A stretch of DNA of 64,000 nucleotides from Octopus sinensis (GCF_006345805.1 NC_042999.1:46190001-46254000), one strand, 5' to 3'. Positions 26,272 through 39,277 are shown, counted from the stretch's first letter. Made by a program: numbers and translations. Notes: generated from the sequence alone by a model not told the origin.

Positions 26272-27192
26272 AATACGTACCATCAGATTCGAACGTGAAC
26301 ATGTTCATCGTTTTTGTATTTCGTCATTGAAGAACATCTACTTTCAGGCAAATGTGTGTTCTTAACACACTTCATTGAAGTGTACTTTGGGACATTCAGT
26401 GTTTCGACATCATTGTGTCTCCTCAGCCAAAGCTTCCATCCCCGGACTAATGAATCTAACAAGAGGTCATGGCTCTTCTTTATAAATTCTGAAAGCAAAT
26501 TATTTGCTGTTGCATGTTAAGATACAGACAGGCATCTCGTGAAGGGTATACGTTGTGATCTCGGTCATTTATACTTCAGGGAAACCGGGTAACTGGCCCT
26601 GTGAGCCCTGGGACTGGAGACTAATGTCCATGTCTTTGCTGATATCAGGCAATCAAAAGTACATATTTTATACTTATGTACTGTAAAATATTTCATTAAG
26701 ATGTTTGAGGTACTTTAATTTAATACTTTTCAATTCTGAAATTACGTCATCTAAGAGAACTAGATTATTTGTTCGCCCGTTATACTTTAGTTAGTTAGAG
26801 AGGTGGAGTAAAGGTAAGAGAGAGAGAGAGAGAGAGAGAGAGTGTGTGTGTGTGTGAGTGAGTGAGTGAGTGTGTGTGGGGAGAAATGTAAGAAGAGAAG
26901 AAAGAAGAGAGGAGTATAATAATACACTAAGGCCAAATGCATCAAGTGGTTAGTTGAAGGGAGAGGCGAAGAACGAGAGAGAAAGACAGTGAGAGAAAAG
27001 TGGGAAAGAGAAGCGTTAATGACGCGGTGTAGAGTGGGGAGGGAATGGTAAAGAGAAATAGAGAAATGTTAAAGTCATGAAGATGGGATTAACATGGTTA
27101 AAATGTTTGTTGAAGAGGTAAAGAGAAAGAGAGAAAGATAAGATGCTTAGCAGAGGGAAATTTTAATATTTTGACTGGAAGTGTAATGACTT

Positions 27193-27708
27193 CATCATCA
27201 TCATTGTTCGACTGTGGTCGAGACAGTGGAATTTACCATGCCACGCCAGACTTCACGGTCCATCATGGCATTACGGAGGTCCTGTTGCTGGATGCCTGTA
27301 TCCCTGGAGATTACATCAGGATAGGAGAGTGTGCGCCCTCTGGTATTGCGAGAAGATTGCTTCCAGAGGAGAAGAGTAGAAATTACTTCTTTTTCAGCTC
27401 TACAACAATGTCCAGCAAACTGGACTCTCCTACCTTTCACAAGAGGTGACACAGGTGGTAGTTTCCCATATATTTGCATTTTGGTTGGATGGCGCTTCCA
27501 CGAGAGATTTTGAGCTCTCATAAGGAGACGAGTGTAGGTTCCATCCAACCGCCTCTCAAGCTTCTTTGATAACGTCCAGGTTTCTGAGCCATATAGCAGA
27601 ATTGGTTCGACTGTGGCTTTGAAGATTTCAAGTTTGAAGTCTCTACTTAGATTTGATGACCAGATCTTATGCATGTCATTACAGGCTGACCAGGCCATAC
27701 CCTTTCTA
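27193..27708 (-). mobile_element. 5'-truncated RTE-like LINE, same family
   Basis: 165-aa ORF with EPILLYGSETW and FAGHC motifs; (TGA)n tail; TSD aatgactt at 27185-27192 and 27709-27716. Confidence 0.9.
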
Positions 27709-28448
27709 AATGACTTAATAAAAAAATAAATAAAGATTTTTTAAAAGTAAAAGTAAGAATCATCCTTTCTTTCGTAAATAGCTTCTCTTAACCTTTTACG
27801 TTCTATTGAAATTTTCTCAGGTCCCACAATTAAACAGTTATTGATTTAACCCAATTAAATTATATCTCCATTATCAAATTTTGACAGCAAATATTAACCA
27901 TAAAGATCTGACCTCCACCAATTTTTTCAGCCTTAATGTAAAATTTATTTTTAAAAAGTATGAATGAATAAGCGAATCTATGATATAGAATAAGTACTAG
28001 ACTTACAAAGAATAAGTTCTGGGGTTGATTTGTTCGACTAGAGGCTGTGCTCCAGCACGGCCACAAACAAATGACTGAAACAAATAAAAGAGAAGAAAAG
28101 AAAGAGATATATTAACATTATATATACATATAAGAGAATTGGAAAAGTACTTATGTGAAATTTGCCTCCTCTGGTTCCTTGAAAATAAAACATATATATA
28201 TATATATATATAATATATATATATATAATAATAATAAGGGTAAATAATTTCTATAATGGTTTTTAAAAAAAGACCACAATTATTTACTGGTAGAATTCGG
28301 TATGTAAATATAGCCGATTACCGGCAGGAAATATAGTTAGTTAGTTAATCCAAACAAGAAAACACAGAAAAAAAGAGAAAAGAACACAGCAACGCAGGAC
28401 GTGGAACAGTTAAAGTATTATTGACGCTCAGGAAAGAAGGGAAGGAGG

Positions 28449-28483
28449 GTTTAACGTTTCGAGCGGAGGTCTTCGTCGGAAAC
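28449..28483 (-). ncRNA. Minimal hammerhead-like fold with variant core CCGACGA
   Basis: gttt-CCGACGA-a-gacc(tcc)gctc-GAAAC-GTT-aaac; shares the downstream motif tttcctgagcg..taatac with the 59.8-kb copy. Confidence 0.5.
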
Positions 28484-28519
28484 AAGGAGAAGGAAAGATC
28501 CCAAGATATATATATATAT

Positions 28520-28820
28520 CACGTGATCACGTGACTGACCAGACCATCACATGTTGCTACACATCGCTGGCTACAATGCGTTCGCATTGTTTTAGTCTTC
28601 GAATGACACCATTCTCGCTGGGTAAGCGAGCAGGCGAGCAGGCCAACAGAAGAAAGAGTGGTGAAATAGTACAGCATGGGATCACCACCCCCTGCCGGAG
28701 CCTCGTGGAGCTTTTAGGTGTTTTCGCTCAATAAACACTCACAACGCCCGGTCTGGGAATCGAAACCACGTTCCTACGACCGCGAGTCCGCTGCCCAAAC
28801 CACTGGGCCATTGCACCTCC
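28520..28820 (-). mobile_element. SINE-C head with a different 3' tail
   Basis: The head matches family C; the tail (..gtcacgtgatcacgtg) is unlike that of the 25957 copy. Confidence 0.75.
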
Positions 28821-28827
28821 ACACACA

Positions 28828-28865
<38 letters not shown>

Positions 28866-28878
28866 TATATATATATAT

Positions 28879-28922
<44 letters not shown>

Positions 28923-28997
28923 ATTTCTGAGTACCTTATTTTTTTCTAATATATATATATATATATACACATATAAATATACGTACATACATGTTTT

Positions 28998-29385
28998 GTT
29001 GGCACCCCGTCGATTACGACGACGACGGTTCCATTTGATCCGATCAACGGAACAGCCTGCTCGTGAAATTAACGTGCAAGTGGCTGAGCACTCCACAGAC
29101 ATGTGTAGCCTTAACGTAGTTCTCAGGGGAGATTCAGCGTAACACAGAGTGTGACAAGGCTAGCCCTTTAAAATACAGGTACAACAGAAACAGGAAGATA
29201 GAGTGAGAGAAAGTTCTGGTGAAAGAGTACAGCAGGGTTCACCCCACCCCCCACCCTCTGCCGGAGCCTCGTGGAGCTTTAGGTGTTTTCGCTCAAAAAA
29301 CACTCACAACGCCCGGTCTGGGAATCAAAACTGCGATCGTACGACCGCGAGTCTGCTGCCCTAACCACTGGGCCATTGCGCCTCC
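28998..29385 (-). mobile_element. Chimeric SINE: family C head + family D tail
   Basis: The 5' half matches 25957; the 3' half matches 18370-18543. Confidence 0.8.
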
Positions 29386-29389
29386 ACAC

Positions 29390-29591
29390 GTACATACATA
29401 CATACATACATACTTACATATATATATATATACATATATACGACGGGCTTCTTTCAGTTTCCATCTACCAAATCCACTCACAAGGCTTTGGTCGGCCCGA
29501 GGCTATAGCAGAAGACACTTGCCCAAGATGCCACGCAGTGGGACTGAACCCAGAACCATGTGGTTGGTTAGCAAGATACTTACCACACAGC

Positions 29592-29595
<4 letters not shown>
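29390..29595 (-). mobile_element. SINE-B, 5' half
   Basis: Reverse-strand match. Confidence 0.85.
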
Positions 29596-29641
<46 letters not shown>

Positions 29642-29669
29642 ACTATAAACAGTTTGTGAATAATATATC

Positions 29670-31768
29670 GGATCTTTTCCTTTTGAAAGCCAGATTTTCC
29701 TAGTTAACTAAACAATTTGAAACTTCGTATACTGGTAGAATGTGTCAAAAGAAAACATAATTGTAAACCAAAATGAAAACGGAATTGTAATTTCTAAGTT
29801 TAACGTTGTTTAAAAATTCGAATTTTAACCAATGATATTCTTTCTTTCGGCCTCATATTATTTACTGCTTCTCAAAATATTGTTACTGTGACGTAAACAG
29901 CTATTTTGTGACGTAGTTAACATAGCTAAAATGTAAACATCACCGTCCCATATAACAAAGTCCTAAACAGACAGAATAATAATGAAAATACGGCGGGCTT
30001 TCGAAATAGCTGTCGAGAATAAAATGAAATTTCGATGGTAAATTTTTGGAGGGGTTTCGGTAATTTTCGTCACTCTAAAATACATGTAATTCGCATTAAA
30101 TCTTATTTTTCTGAAAAATCCACGTTTTAAAACATTTTAACTGCCCACCACTTCATCGTGCCTTTGGAGTAGGTGTCACACTTGGGATGGTCAAACCTAG
30201 AATACCTTTCATCATAGGTAATTGCTTGGAGTTCACCTTGAGAGCTAAAACTATATATTTAGTTTCGATATAAAAAATAAAATTGCACAAAATCTTGGCA
30301 CAAGACCAACAATTTGGGAGGAGGGGTTTATCGATTACATTGACTGGTACTTAATTGATCATGAAAGGTAAAGTCGACGACGACGGTAACGTGAGGAGTC
30401 GGAAGAAATGCCACAAGGTATTTTGTCCGACGCACGAACAATTCTGCCAGCTTGCCCCACCCTCTTCCTTAATAATATTTCTTTCCCCAGTAAGTACAAG
30501 GCCTGAAGCTGATGGGAAGAACTAGTCGACTGTATTCAACTGGTACTTATTCTATAAGCGCCGCCCGAAAGAAGGAAAGCTCAGCAATATTCGAACACGG
30601 AACGTAAAGATTCGTAAGAAATGACGCTAGGCATTTTATCCGATGCACTACCGATTCTGCCAGCTTTACATTATATTTTTCGTCGAAGTTTAACTATGTC
30701 ACCTTGATGATATATTTTTACCCGTGGACAAATAATAGAGAGATAATGTGGATCAGATGATATTACATGCTGACAAGGGCTTGGTAAAGGACTGTTAGAA
30801 TGTTTAGGGATACGGTCCTATACGTTCGGGTTTCAACCCTCACCGGAATTCAAAACAAGCCGTCTGTTCTTCCACGGTCGAGAAAATACATCGATCAAGT
30901 ATTGGAGATCGATATAACTGATTATACCCTCCACTCACCCCAAAATATATGCTTTGTGTCTATAATCAATATTACAAATATATTGTTATTGCTATTTAAC
31001 TCAGGTCATTCTGATAAACCCGGTTGAGGATCAAAGGGTTCCAACTATGACCAACCCGTATTTTTGCGCCCCCCCCTTTTTTCAGATATAGCATCTATGA
31101 TTATATTAGCCAATGTACCCTTCCTTTAACCCAGTAGTATATGGTTTTAAGGGGATTTGGGTGTTATTCCAAGCACATCGACGAGCGAAAACGCAGAGGG
31201 GCCCTGATTATGTGCGAGTATTCGTATGGATGGGTACGTGTGTGTATGTCGGTGCATACAAGCCAAATAACCGGTTCAAGGCGTGTGTCAAACTGAAGAA
31301 TCAAAGCGTGTGCACAAGTTTATAGTAAATATATACATTGTATAGAGAAAACACCCGAAGCCTATACAAAAACACTGAATATGTGTTTATTATTCATCCA
31401 AAGTAAACAGTACGTGTGTAGGCACGTTTGTTGTCCACATATATATTTATTAAAGACGAAACGAATAATAATTTTATACAAAACGAATAACTTTCAAATT
31501 CTATAAAGCAATGCAAGTCAAGCTTTCAAATCGAATTTAGCTGTTTACATTAACAACGTCACAAAACAGCTGTTTACGTCACAGTAACAATATGTTTAGA
31601 CGGGGCAAATAATTTCAACTCAATACAGAGAATACGATTGGTTAAAATTCGCAGATTTAAACTACGTTTAAACTTATAAAATACATTTTTGTCAAAAAAA
31701 CTAGTTGAAATTATTGTTTTCTTTTGACACATTCTACCATTATACGAAGTTTCAAAAAGAAAAGATCC
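29670..31768. mobile_element. Older related long-TIR element (~250-bp diverged arms) with nested SINE remnants
   Basis: Arms at about 29670-29940 and 31540-31768 are inverted and share aaacttcg.a.actggtagaatgtgtca with the 6.3-kb element; the TSD is not clean. Confidence 0.55.
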
Positions 31769-31853
31769 AATATGGATCTGCTCCCATTTATTAACAAATG
31801 ACACTCGGATATAGGGGTCATCATTACATCATTTTGCACTTTTCTTTTCATAG

Positions 31854-31927
31854 ATCTGGGTACTTCAAGTCATAGACGAAGGAATGCTGTCTTGTTACTT
31901 GACATCCATGAACGTTAAACTGTTATC
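31854..31927 (+). CDS. PLEKHM1: Coding exon, RUN domain (IWVLQVIDEGMLSCYLTSMNVKLL)
   Basis: Acceptor cttttcttttcatag, donor TC|gtgagt; 74 nt, phase 0 to 2; aligns to the RUN helix W..LAL.DG.ME.YL. Confidence 0.85.
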
Positions 31928-32556
31928 GTGAGTACATAATGCTTATCTCTGTCTTATCACATGTTTCTTTGCACACACGCAAATCTAATCTAATAAATGC
32001 GAAAACTATTTTCTGTGTCAGTGTGTCACACTTAGAACCTCTCTCTCACTATTCAATGACACTCCTACTATTCCCCATGATGGGGTGAGGAGTAATAGTA
32101 AGCATAGAGACGGTGAGGGTGGTGGCGAAGACACAAAGAGAGAGAAAGAGAGACAAAGAAATCTAGGGAGAGTTGACGATGTTGTATTAAAAGTAGTAGT
32201 GTTGATAGTGGTAGTAGGAGTAATAATAAAAGAGAAAGAGTGGGCATGTGAGAGAAAGAGGGAGCTGATGTCCAACTTCGTTAAGCCATGTCTCTTTGAC
32301 AGAAATTGCTGTCGCCAACATACTGAATATAAATGATACATTTTAATGATGACCACACCTCACCCTTTTTTCATTCTATTCCCCATTCTAAAAGAGGTCA
32401 CCATTCTTGAACTCATAGCTTATGCCAGTAGCTATACAATGGTAAAAAAAATAAATAAATAGACGGTAAAAAACATTCCAAATTGAAAAGAAACCCCCCT
32501 CTCTCTCTACCTATCTATCCGTCTGTCCATCCATCCATCCATCCATCCATCCATCC

Positions 32557-32617
<61 letters not shown>

Positions 32618-32909
32618 GTTGTGGTGGTGGTAGCCGGAGCAGTCATGGATGATGGTGATAGTAAATGATGTAAAAGACAGTGGTGATGGGGTGGAGGGGA
32701 CGGCGGCGGAGTCAGAAGTCTGAATGGCGTGCGTATGACAGTTGTGGTGGCGATGGTGGTGGTACTGGTGATAGTGATGGATGAAAGCAATCAACAGAGA
32801 GAGTGAGAGAGAGATTAGATAAAAAAAAACTGTACTGACTCCCGAATAGGAAGACAAAAATGTTGTTTATCATGCAGCTTTGCAATAAGTTCCAAGTCAA
32901 CAAATTATA

Positions 32910-33140
32910 TATTTCTTTATTGCCCACAACGGGCTAAACATAGAGGGGACAAACAAGGACAGATAAACGGATTAAGTCGATTACATCGACACCAGTGCGA
33001 AACTGGCACTTCATTTATCGACCCCGAAAGGATGAAAGGCAAAGTCGACCTCGGCGGAATTTGAACTCAGAACGTAACGGCAGACGAAATACGGCTACGC
33101 ATTTCGCCCGGCGTGCTAACGATTCTGCCAGCTCGCCGCC
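32910..33140 (-). mobile_element. SINE-A, full length
   Basis: Reverse-strand match. Confidence 0.88.
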
Positions 33141-33624
33141 AAGTCGAGAAATTATATCACCTATAATACTAAATGGCAAGTTTGTGTGCTTATGAATTTG
33201 TTACTTTAGCTACCCCGAGACTATCCAACATACCATCATGAAACTTGACAGTGTGGGGGTGGGGGCTTATGCCCATGCGGTCATTTAAGCACTTGGAATT
33301 TTTTAAAAAATCGCTTTTTAATCAGCGTCGATTTTTCAAAATTCGTAAAATTTCGGCATTTTTTGCACTAGCCATCATGACATCGTGACTTTGGATCAGG
33401 CGATGGCAATACTCGAACACGAGTTTGCAGTCATCATGTATGTACGTACGTACATGCACACACACACACACACAGAGAAAAAGGAGAAGGGAAGAGAGAG
33501 AGGAGAGACAGAGAGAGAGGAGAGACAGAAGAGAGAGAGAGAGAGGAGAGAGAGAGAGAAGAGAGAGAGAGAAAGTGAGTTTACATTTAAATATATTCTA
33601 TTAAGGAAACATTTTTTTTCTCAG

Positions 33625-33695
33625 AAAATTTTACCAATCTGATGCACTTCTCAGAGATGACGATTTCTTCTCGAACCTGATGACTGTCACACTAG
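33625..33695 (+). CDS. PLEKHM1: Coding exon, RUN domain (KFYQSDALLRDDDFFSNLMTVTL)
   Basis: Acceptor ttttttttctcag, donor TAG|gtatgt; 71 nt, phase 2 to 1; matches the RUN motif YY..ALLRD. Confidence 0.85.
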
Positions 33696-33747
33696 GTATG
33701 TATAATGGAAATTACAATTTCACACACATACACACATACATCACACA

Positions 33748-33787
<40 letters not shown>

Positions 33788-33847
33788 GAGTGTTGACCCG
33801 CTGGGTAATGTAACATGGATTCCTCATCATGTGTACATTTATTGCAG

Positions 33848-33878
33848 GCCTCGAACCTGGAATTTAAATATGTTCCAG
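33848..33878 (+). CDS. Probable micro-exon at the end of the RUN domain (GL..LEFKYVP); out of frame as assembled
   Basis: Acceptor atttattgcag, donor CAG|gtggca; 31 nt. The phase-1 reading hits TAA (GLEPGI*); a -1 or +2 indel restores GLE(x)LEFKYVP. Confidence 0.5.
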
Positions 33879-33966
33879 GTGGCAACATACAGAAGTCTGT
33901 GTATCGATTTTCCTTGCTTTACTCTCTTGTGCCACCCTTTCTCACCCTCTCTTTGTAAAGCAACAT

Positions 33967-34397
33967 TACTCTTTACCTTTTTACTCTTTTACTTGTGTAA
34001 ATCATTTGACTGTGGCCATGCTGGAGCACCGCTTTTAGTCGAGCAAATCGACCCCAGAACTTATTCTTTGTAAGACTAGTACTTATTCTATTGGTGTCTT
34101 TTGCCGAACCGCTAAGTTATGGGGACGTAAACACACCAGCATCTGTTGTCAAGCGATGTTGGGGGGAGGGGAACAAACACAGACACACAAACGTATACAC
34201 ACACGTATATATCTATCTATATATACATATATACGACGGGCTTCTTTCAGTTTTCGTCTACCAAATCCACTCACAAGGCTTTGGTCAGCCCGAAGCTATA
34301 TTAGAAGATACTTGCCCAAGGTGCCATGCAGTGAGACTGAACCTGGAACCATATGGTTGGTAAGAAAGTTATTTACCACACAGCCACTCCTACGCCT
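33967..34397 (-). mobile_element. SINE-B, full length
   Basis: Reverse-strand match. Confidence 0.9.
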
Positions 34398-34424
34398 ATA
34401 AAAGAAATCGCTCCTGGGCGAGCA

Positions 34425-34455
<31 letters not shown>

Positions 34456-34469
34456 TGCACTAACCGATT

Positions 34470-34715
34470 ATGCAACTTTGTGATGATTCTCATTGCATCG
34501 ATATTGCTTGCTTATCCACCGGACTAACTTTTCAAGGGACTTGCAAACTTCCAGCACATTCCGCTTCAGAACAACTTCAGCATCACATGACAATCAGCTA
34601 TGTCGTTCCAGACCTACCGTTTAATACTAGCATGAATGGAAGTACATCGTACACCGCTCCCTGTAGGAATCGCAATCTGGCTGGCTCTATTTTCCACAAC
34701 ATATTTACGCTAGTT
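34470..34715 (-). mobile_element. Decayed HERO/NeSL-like RLE non-LTR retrotransposon fragment
   Basis: Minus strand reads MLWKIEPARLRFLQGAVYDVLP, the remembered W.MEP.R..FL..AVYDVLP motif; the downstream part is frameshifted. Confidence 0.6.
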
Positions 34716-34763
34716 TCGTATCACGTATGCACACACACACACACGCACACACACACACATACA

Positions 34764-34804
<41 letters not shown>

Positions 34805-35209
34805 GCGTGGTGCGTCCTCGTACATATACACAGAAATCTACTTATTCTTCTTTACTGAAATGTAAAAATTTCAATATTCTCCATGAACCGGCATTGTTTC
34901 ACTTCCAATTTGAAATATATTCACTTCGCCGAGCATATAATCTCATTCAGAAAAGACATGCATATCACAGCACCATCTAGATCACAAAGCTTTGACATAC
35001 TGCTGAAAACAATTACATAATTGATATGTAGTTAATCTAGTGTTAATGTATTTAATGCAAAATGAAGTAATTATGCAGAAAGGAAAACACAGTACAAATA
35101 CTATTTCAATGGTTTTGGCAAGCATGTGAGATAACTCTGTGCACTTTTTGCTTTTAATATGACCTCATCAGTGGAGTATAACGTTATTGATATATCATTG
35201 TCGTTTCAG

Positions 35210-35260
35210 ATTTAGATCGAAACACGCATGAAAAGAAAGAAAAATTTAAGCTTGCTGCTG
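35210..35260 (+). CDS. Coding micro-exon (DLDRNTHEKKEKFKLAA)
   Basis: Acceptor gtcgtttcag, perfect donor CTG|gtaagt; 51 nt; only the phase 1 to 1 frame is open. Confidence 0.7.
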
Positions 35261-35603
35261 GTAAGTATCAGCATTGTGGAATTTGATGTTTCAGGGGTGG
35301 AATTACAATAGGTTCCCCCATTGTTTTGCTTTAGATTAGCTTTGATTAAAAACATACCAATCGCGATCATCCTGTCTTTTTACAGTTTTCTTGCACTACA
35401 TTATCAAATGCTTCATTCCTTCATTTAAGACTCTATGGTGTGATTTTATAAAGACTTAACTGCTACTTCTATCATATCAAACTGCTACGTAGAGTATCCC
35501 TTATCTGGTTAAATGATTAAGTTGATCATAATTGTGCTGGCATCCTTATGGTTTTTTATGTAATAATTTGGTAATTCAATCTCACGAATTTTGTTTCTTT
35601 CAG

Positions 35604-35647
35604 AAATATATTCACTCTAAAAGGAGATGCTTCTTCATTCACGTTTG
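35604..35647 (+). CDS. Candidate micro-exon (NIFTLKGDASSFTF); phase conflict with the preceding exon
   Basis: Strong acceptor ttttgtttctttcag, donor TTG|gtgaat; 44 nt. One extra A at its 5' end would be needed to join exon 35210-35260 in frame. Confidence 0.45.
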
Positions 35648-35930
35648 GTGAATGTTGAATTGACTAGGAAGAATCGATGCCATCAGATGGTATCCAACGG
35701 TCAGTGAGTGATTTGATCCTGAACCGTAACACCTTCCCACTCGTGAGTTGCCAGTGGTGGCCATATAAATGCTCACCAACTCCTTCTGGCTTAACTCCTC
35801 TGTCGTGCTCCATAATCAACAAGAGGATCTTTCTGCTGCCTCTCCCACCATGCGCACAGATATTTTTGTATAAAGAATTTTTGAAATTTTTCGTTGAATT
35901 CAAACTGGCCACAACAAAGTGACAAAGGAT

Positions 35931-35974
<44 letters not shown>

Positions 35975-36224
35975 TGAGAGGGTTGGTGTGTGAAAGCACG
36001 TGGTTGGATGTATAAAAAATAAAAAAGAGTGAAAAAACTACAGAAGGTTTGTGTAGTAAGGTTAAAGAATATATTTAAGTCGTTATGTTAAAAAATGTTA
36101 TAAAATTTTGTGTATAGTAACATAGTTTTTGGAGAAATAACCGGGTTCGTATTTTCTTTTCAAATATTTTAAATTTCTTTACCTACATCGTGAGGTAAAG
36201 GAATTTGAGAAATTTAAAAACCTG

Positions 36225-36467
36225 CATCGGTTGTCAAGCGATGTTGTGGGGACAAACACAGACACAAACACACACACACGCACATATATACATATACATA
36301 TATGCGACGGGCTTCTTTCAGTTTCCGTCTACCATATCCACTCACTAGGCTTTGGTCGGTCCAAGGCTATAGTAGAAGACACTTGCCCAAGGTGCTACGC
36401 AGTGGGACTGAACCCGGAATCATGTGGTTGGCAAGCAAGCTACCTAGCACACAGCCACACCTGCGCC
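36225..36467 (-). mobile_element. SINE-B, 3'-incomplete
   Basis: Reverse-strand match. Confidence 0.85.
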
Positions 36468-36925
36468 TCATGTCCACACATATATATAAAGTTACTGACG
36501 TCAATCTTCCTTATTTTGCTTTATAGGCAGAGCAAAGTCAGTCAACGAAGAAAACGCATCTTTGAACGGTAGGTTTTTTTGTTTGTTTTTTTACCTTGCC
36601 TCGTTCTCATAAATATATTATTGGATATAAGCAGCATATCCATAGGACTTCAAGATTCTACATCGTAATCATAGGATTCTGAGTTCGATTCTACAGTGCA
36701 TCACCATAAGGAAATACTGTGCTGTTGTTGTTATTGTTTTTGTAACTGTTGTTCCAATCGCAGTTGAATGCTGCAATACGGGTTGAAGTCGGAGAATGGC
36801 TTTGATCCGACTTAACGGTAAATTTGAAACTCGCTGTCTTCAGTTCAGTCTTCTTGTCAATTCTCACCTATCGTCAAGAATATTGGATAATGATCGAAAG
36901 AGTACGATTGTGAACACAAATACAT

Positions 36926-36960
<35 letters not shown>

Positions 36961-38894
36961 TGTGTGTGTTTATGGAAATTTATTCTGAAGTGGTGTTCTT
37001 TATTATATTTCAGCTTTTATTAGTAGAAACTTTGGTGAGGAAGAACCAGTCCTTGACTCAAGTAAGTTACCATAAAAATGATACAGTTTAGTCATATTTG
37101 TATTGATATTTTATTGTATTGTTTCAAATATTATTCTGCAGGCTCACTGTTGGCAGATTCGTTGGCACGTCGGAAAAAAAATGTTATGTGGCATTTCTGC
37201 CGGCTTTACATTTTGAGTTCAAATTCTGCCGAGGTTGATTTTATCTTATATCCTTTCAGGGTCGATAAAATTAGTACCAGTTGAGTACTGGTGTCAATCT
37301 AATCGAGTAGCTTCCTCCCCTCAAAAGTTCAGGTCTTCCATCTTTAGTAGAAAGAACCCTTATAAAACACTTCCTTTTTTTTTTTTTTTAATTAAAAGGG
37401 ATATTTTACGTAGAGAAGAAAGGAATTATGTAGAGTATTGGTATTTAAATGTAGAAATAATTAAAGATAAAAACAGCACAGAATTTGATTAGTAAGAACA
37501 AACCAAAGCAAATATACAAAAAACAATGGATAACAAGTAAGAAACACCCTGAATGTACATAAGGTGAAATAGCAAAAGAAATTGCAGTACGATTCGTATT
37601 TAACCCTATTTGAATGCTATGCGCAGAAGGCCCTGTGTGGATGCTACGACAACTCCTAAGAGACGTTTTATAGTAACTCAGCATATGAGTAATATTTAAG
37701 TGGTTCATGAATTATAAAGTTCCACTACAAGTCAGCACAGTCAAAGGAATAATTCAGTCGCGTTCATAAATAGCTGATTGTAAAAGCTATGCAATGAAGT
37801 TGTCAAGACAGGAGAAAATATATACAGTAGATTAATATCGACATATCCAAGTTGGGCAGAAAGTAGTTAAAGCGACTGGCAAGGGAGTATGTGGAGCTGG
37901 ACCGTAGGATACCGCGCACTCAGAAAATTGAAGCTGAAAACAAATCGTTATATAACCTTTGTACCAAAATATTCGAGAAGGATCAAGAAGAATTTATCAT
38001 GAGAAGTCTTGATGCTGACTGGTCAATAACTTGACCTCTTACGCGAACAAAGTTGTGTTATGTCGTGACTTAGACTTCGTAATATGACGATTCGGTTTCG
38101 AGTCCTGCTACAACCCTTTGTTTGTCATGTGTATCACATGTGTCACACTCGACTGTCATACAAAATAGTAAAATACATACGATAATGTAGTTCTGGAACA
38201 CTCTAAAAGACAGAATGGTAAATGTTGTAATATCTTTGTCTCTGGTCTGCTCAATCATAGTTGACTGAAAGTTAAAAAGAACATGTAAGTTATAAGGATT
38301 GAGAGTATATAAAAACAAACATGTCGCGACAAACAACAAATAGTACAAGTCAACATTTTCTTTGATTAACAAACTGCGTTAGAATACCGAAGAACAAATG
38401 CAAATTTCCTTCTTGTTTCCCTAATAAATATGATTCCAGTTCTTTTAAATCTTGATCTATTGATGAATCTTATGGCAGCTCCTCACTAGATTTTCATAAT
38501 GTTCCTTATCCTTTGGTAACTAAGGTGGTTGCTTGAGGCCTTTTTTTATTGTTGGTTGCTGATCACTTCATAGGGAGAGATTATAAAAGTTGTCACATCA
38601 AGAAAATTTGTCTGAAGTTGTTTGTTTGTTGATATCTTTTGACAGCTATGTTGCTTACTCAGAAAGAGAATATTCTCAGATTAATTCATTTGCACGCATC
38701 AAAAAATATCGCATTCAACAGAGTTAATAAAGTGACGGAAATTGTAACAGTACAGAACTACATGTTGTACATCATTTAAATTTCGGGTTCATTATCCATC
38801 AAGATTTGGCATTTTCTCTATTTCATTCAATCAAACAAGCTTCCAGCACAAGCCACTAAATATGCCCCAATGTAGGAAATGAATTTTACTTTAT

Positions 38895-39277
38895 ACTAGC
38901 AGTATCGCCCGGCGTTGCTCGGGTTTGTAAGGGAAATAACTATAAAGCATTTTTAGAGAGTTATAGCCAAAAAATAGCAAAGAAATGGAAAAAAATGATG
39001 GTAAATTTTTTTTGAGAGTTAAAAAGGTCGAGTTGCGTCCCCTAGACAGTCTGTGGTTTGTGTTTCTGATTCTCGACCCCATGTCGAATTTATCGATTTT
39101 TTTCAGAACTGAGGGAACTTCAAAATTTTCGCTGCGTTAGTTTTGAATTATGACATTGGACTATGTGTGTGTCAAGTTTCATCAGAATCGGTTGAAAGCC
39201 GTGGTCAGGGTGAGGGTACAACCTAACAGACACACAGACATGCAGACAGACAAACTGCCGTTTATATATAGAGAGAT
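38895..39277 (+). mobile_element. Non-autonomous Helitron-like (Lep1/HINE-type) element
   Basis: 5' ACTAGC followed by a cccggcgttgctcggg hairpin; internal aagtttcatcagaatcggttg motif; (ACAG)-like run; 3' tatatatagagagat. Confidence 0.65.
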
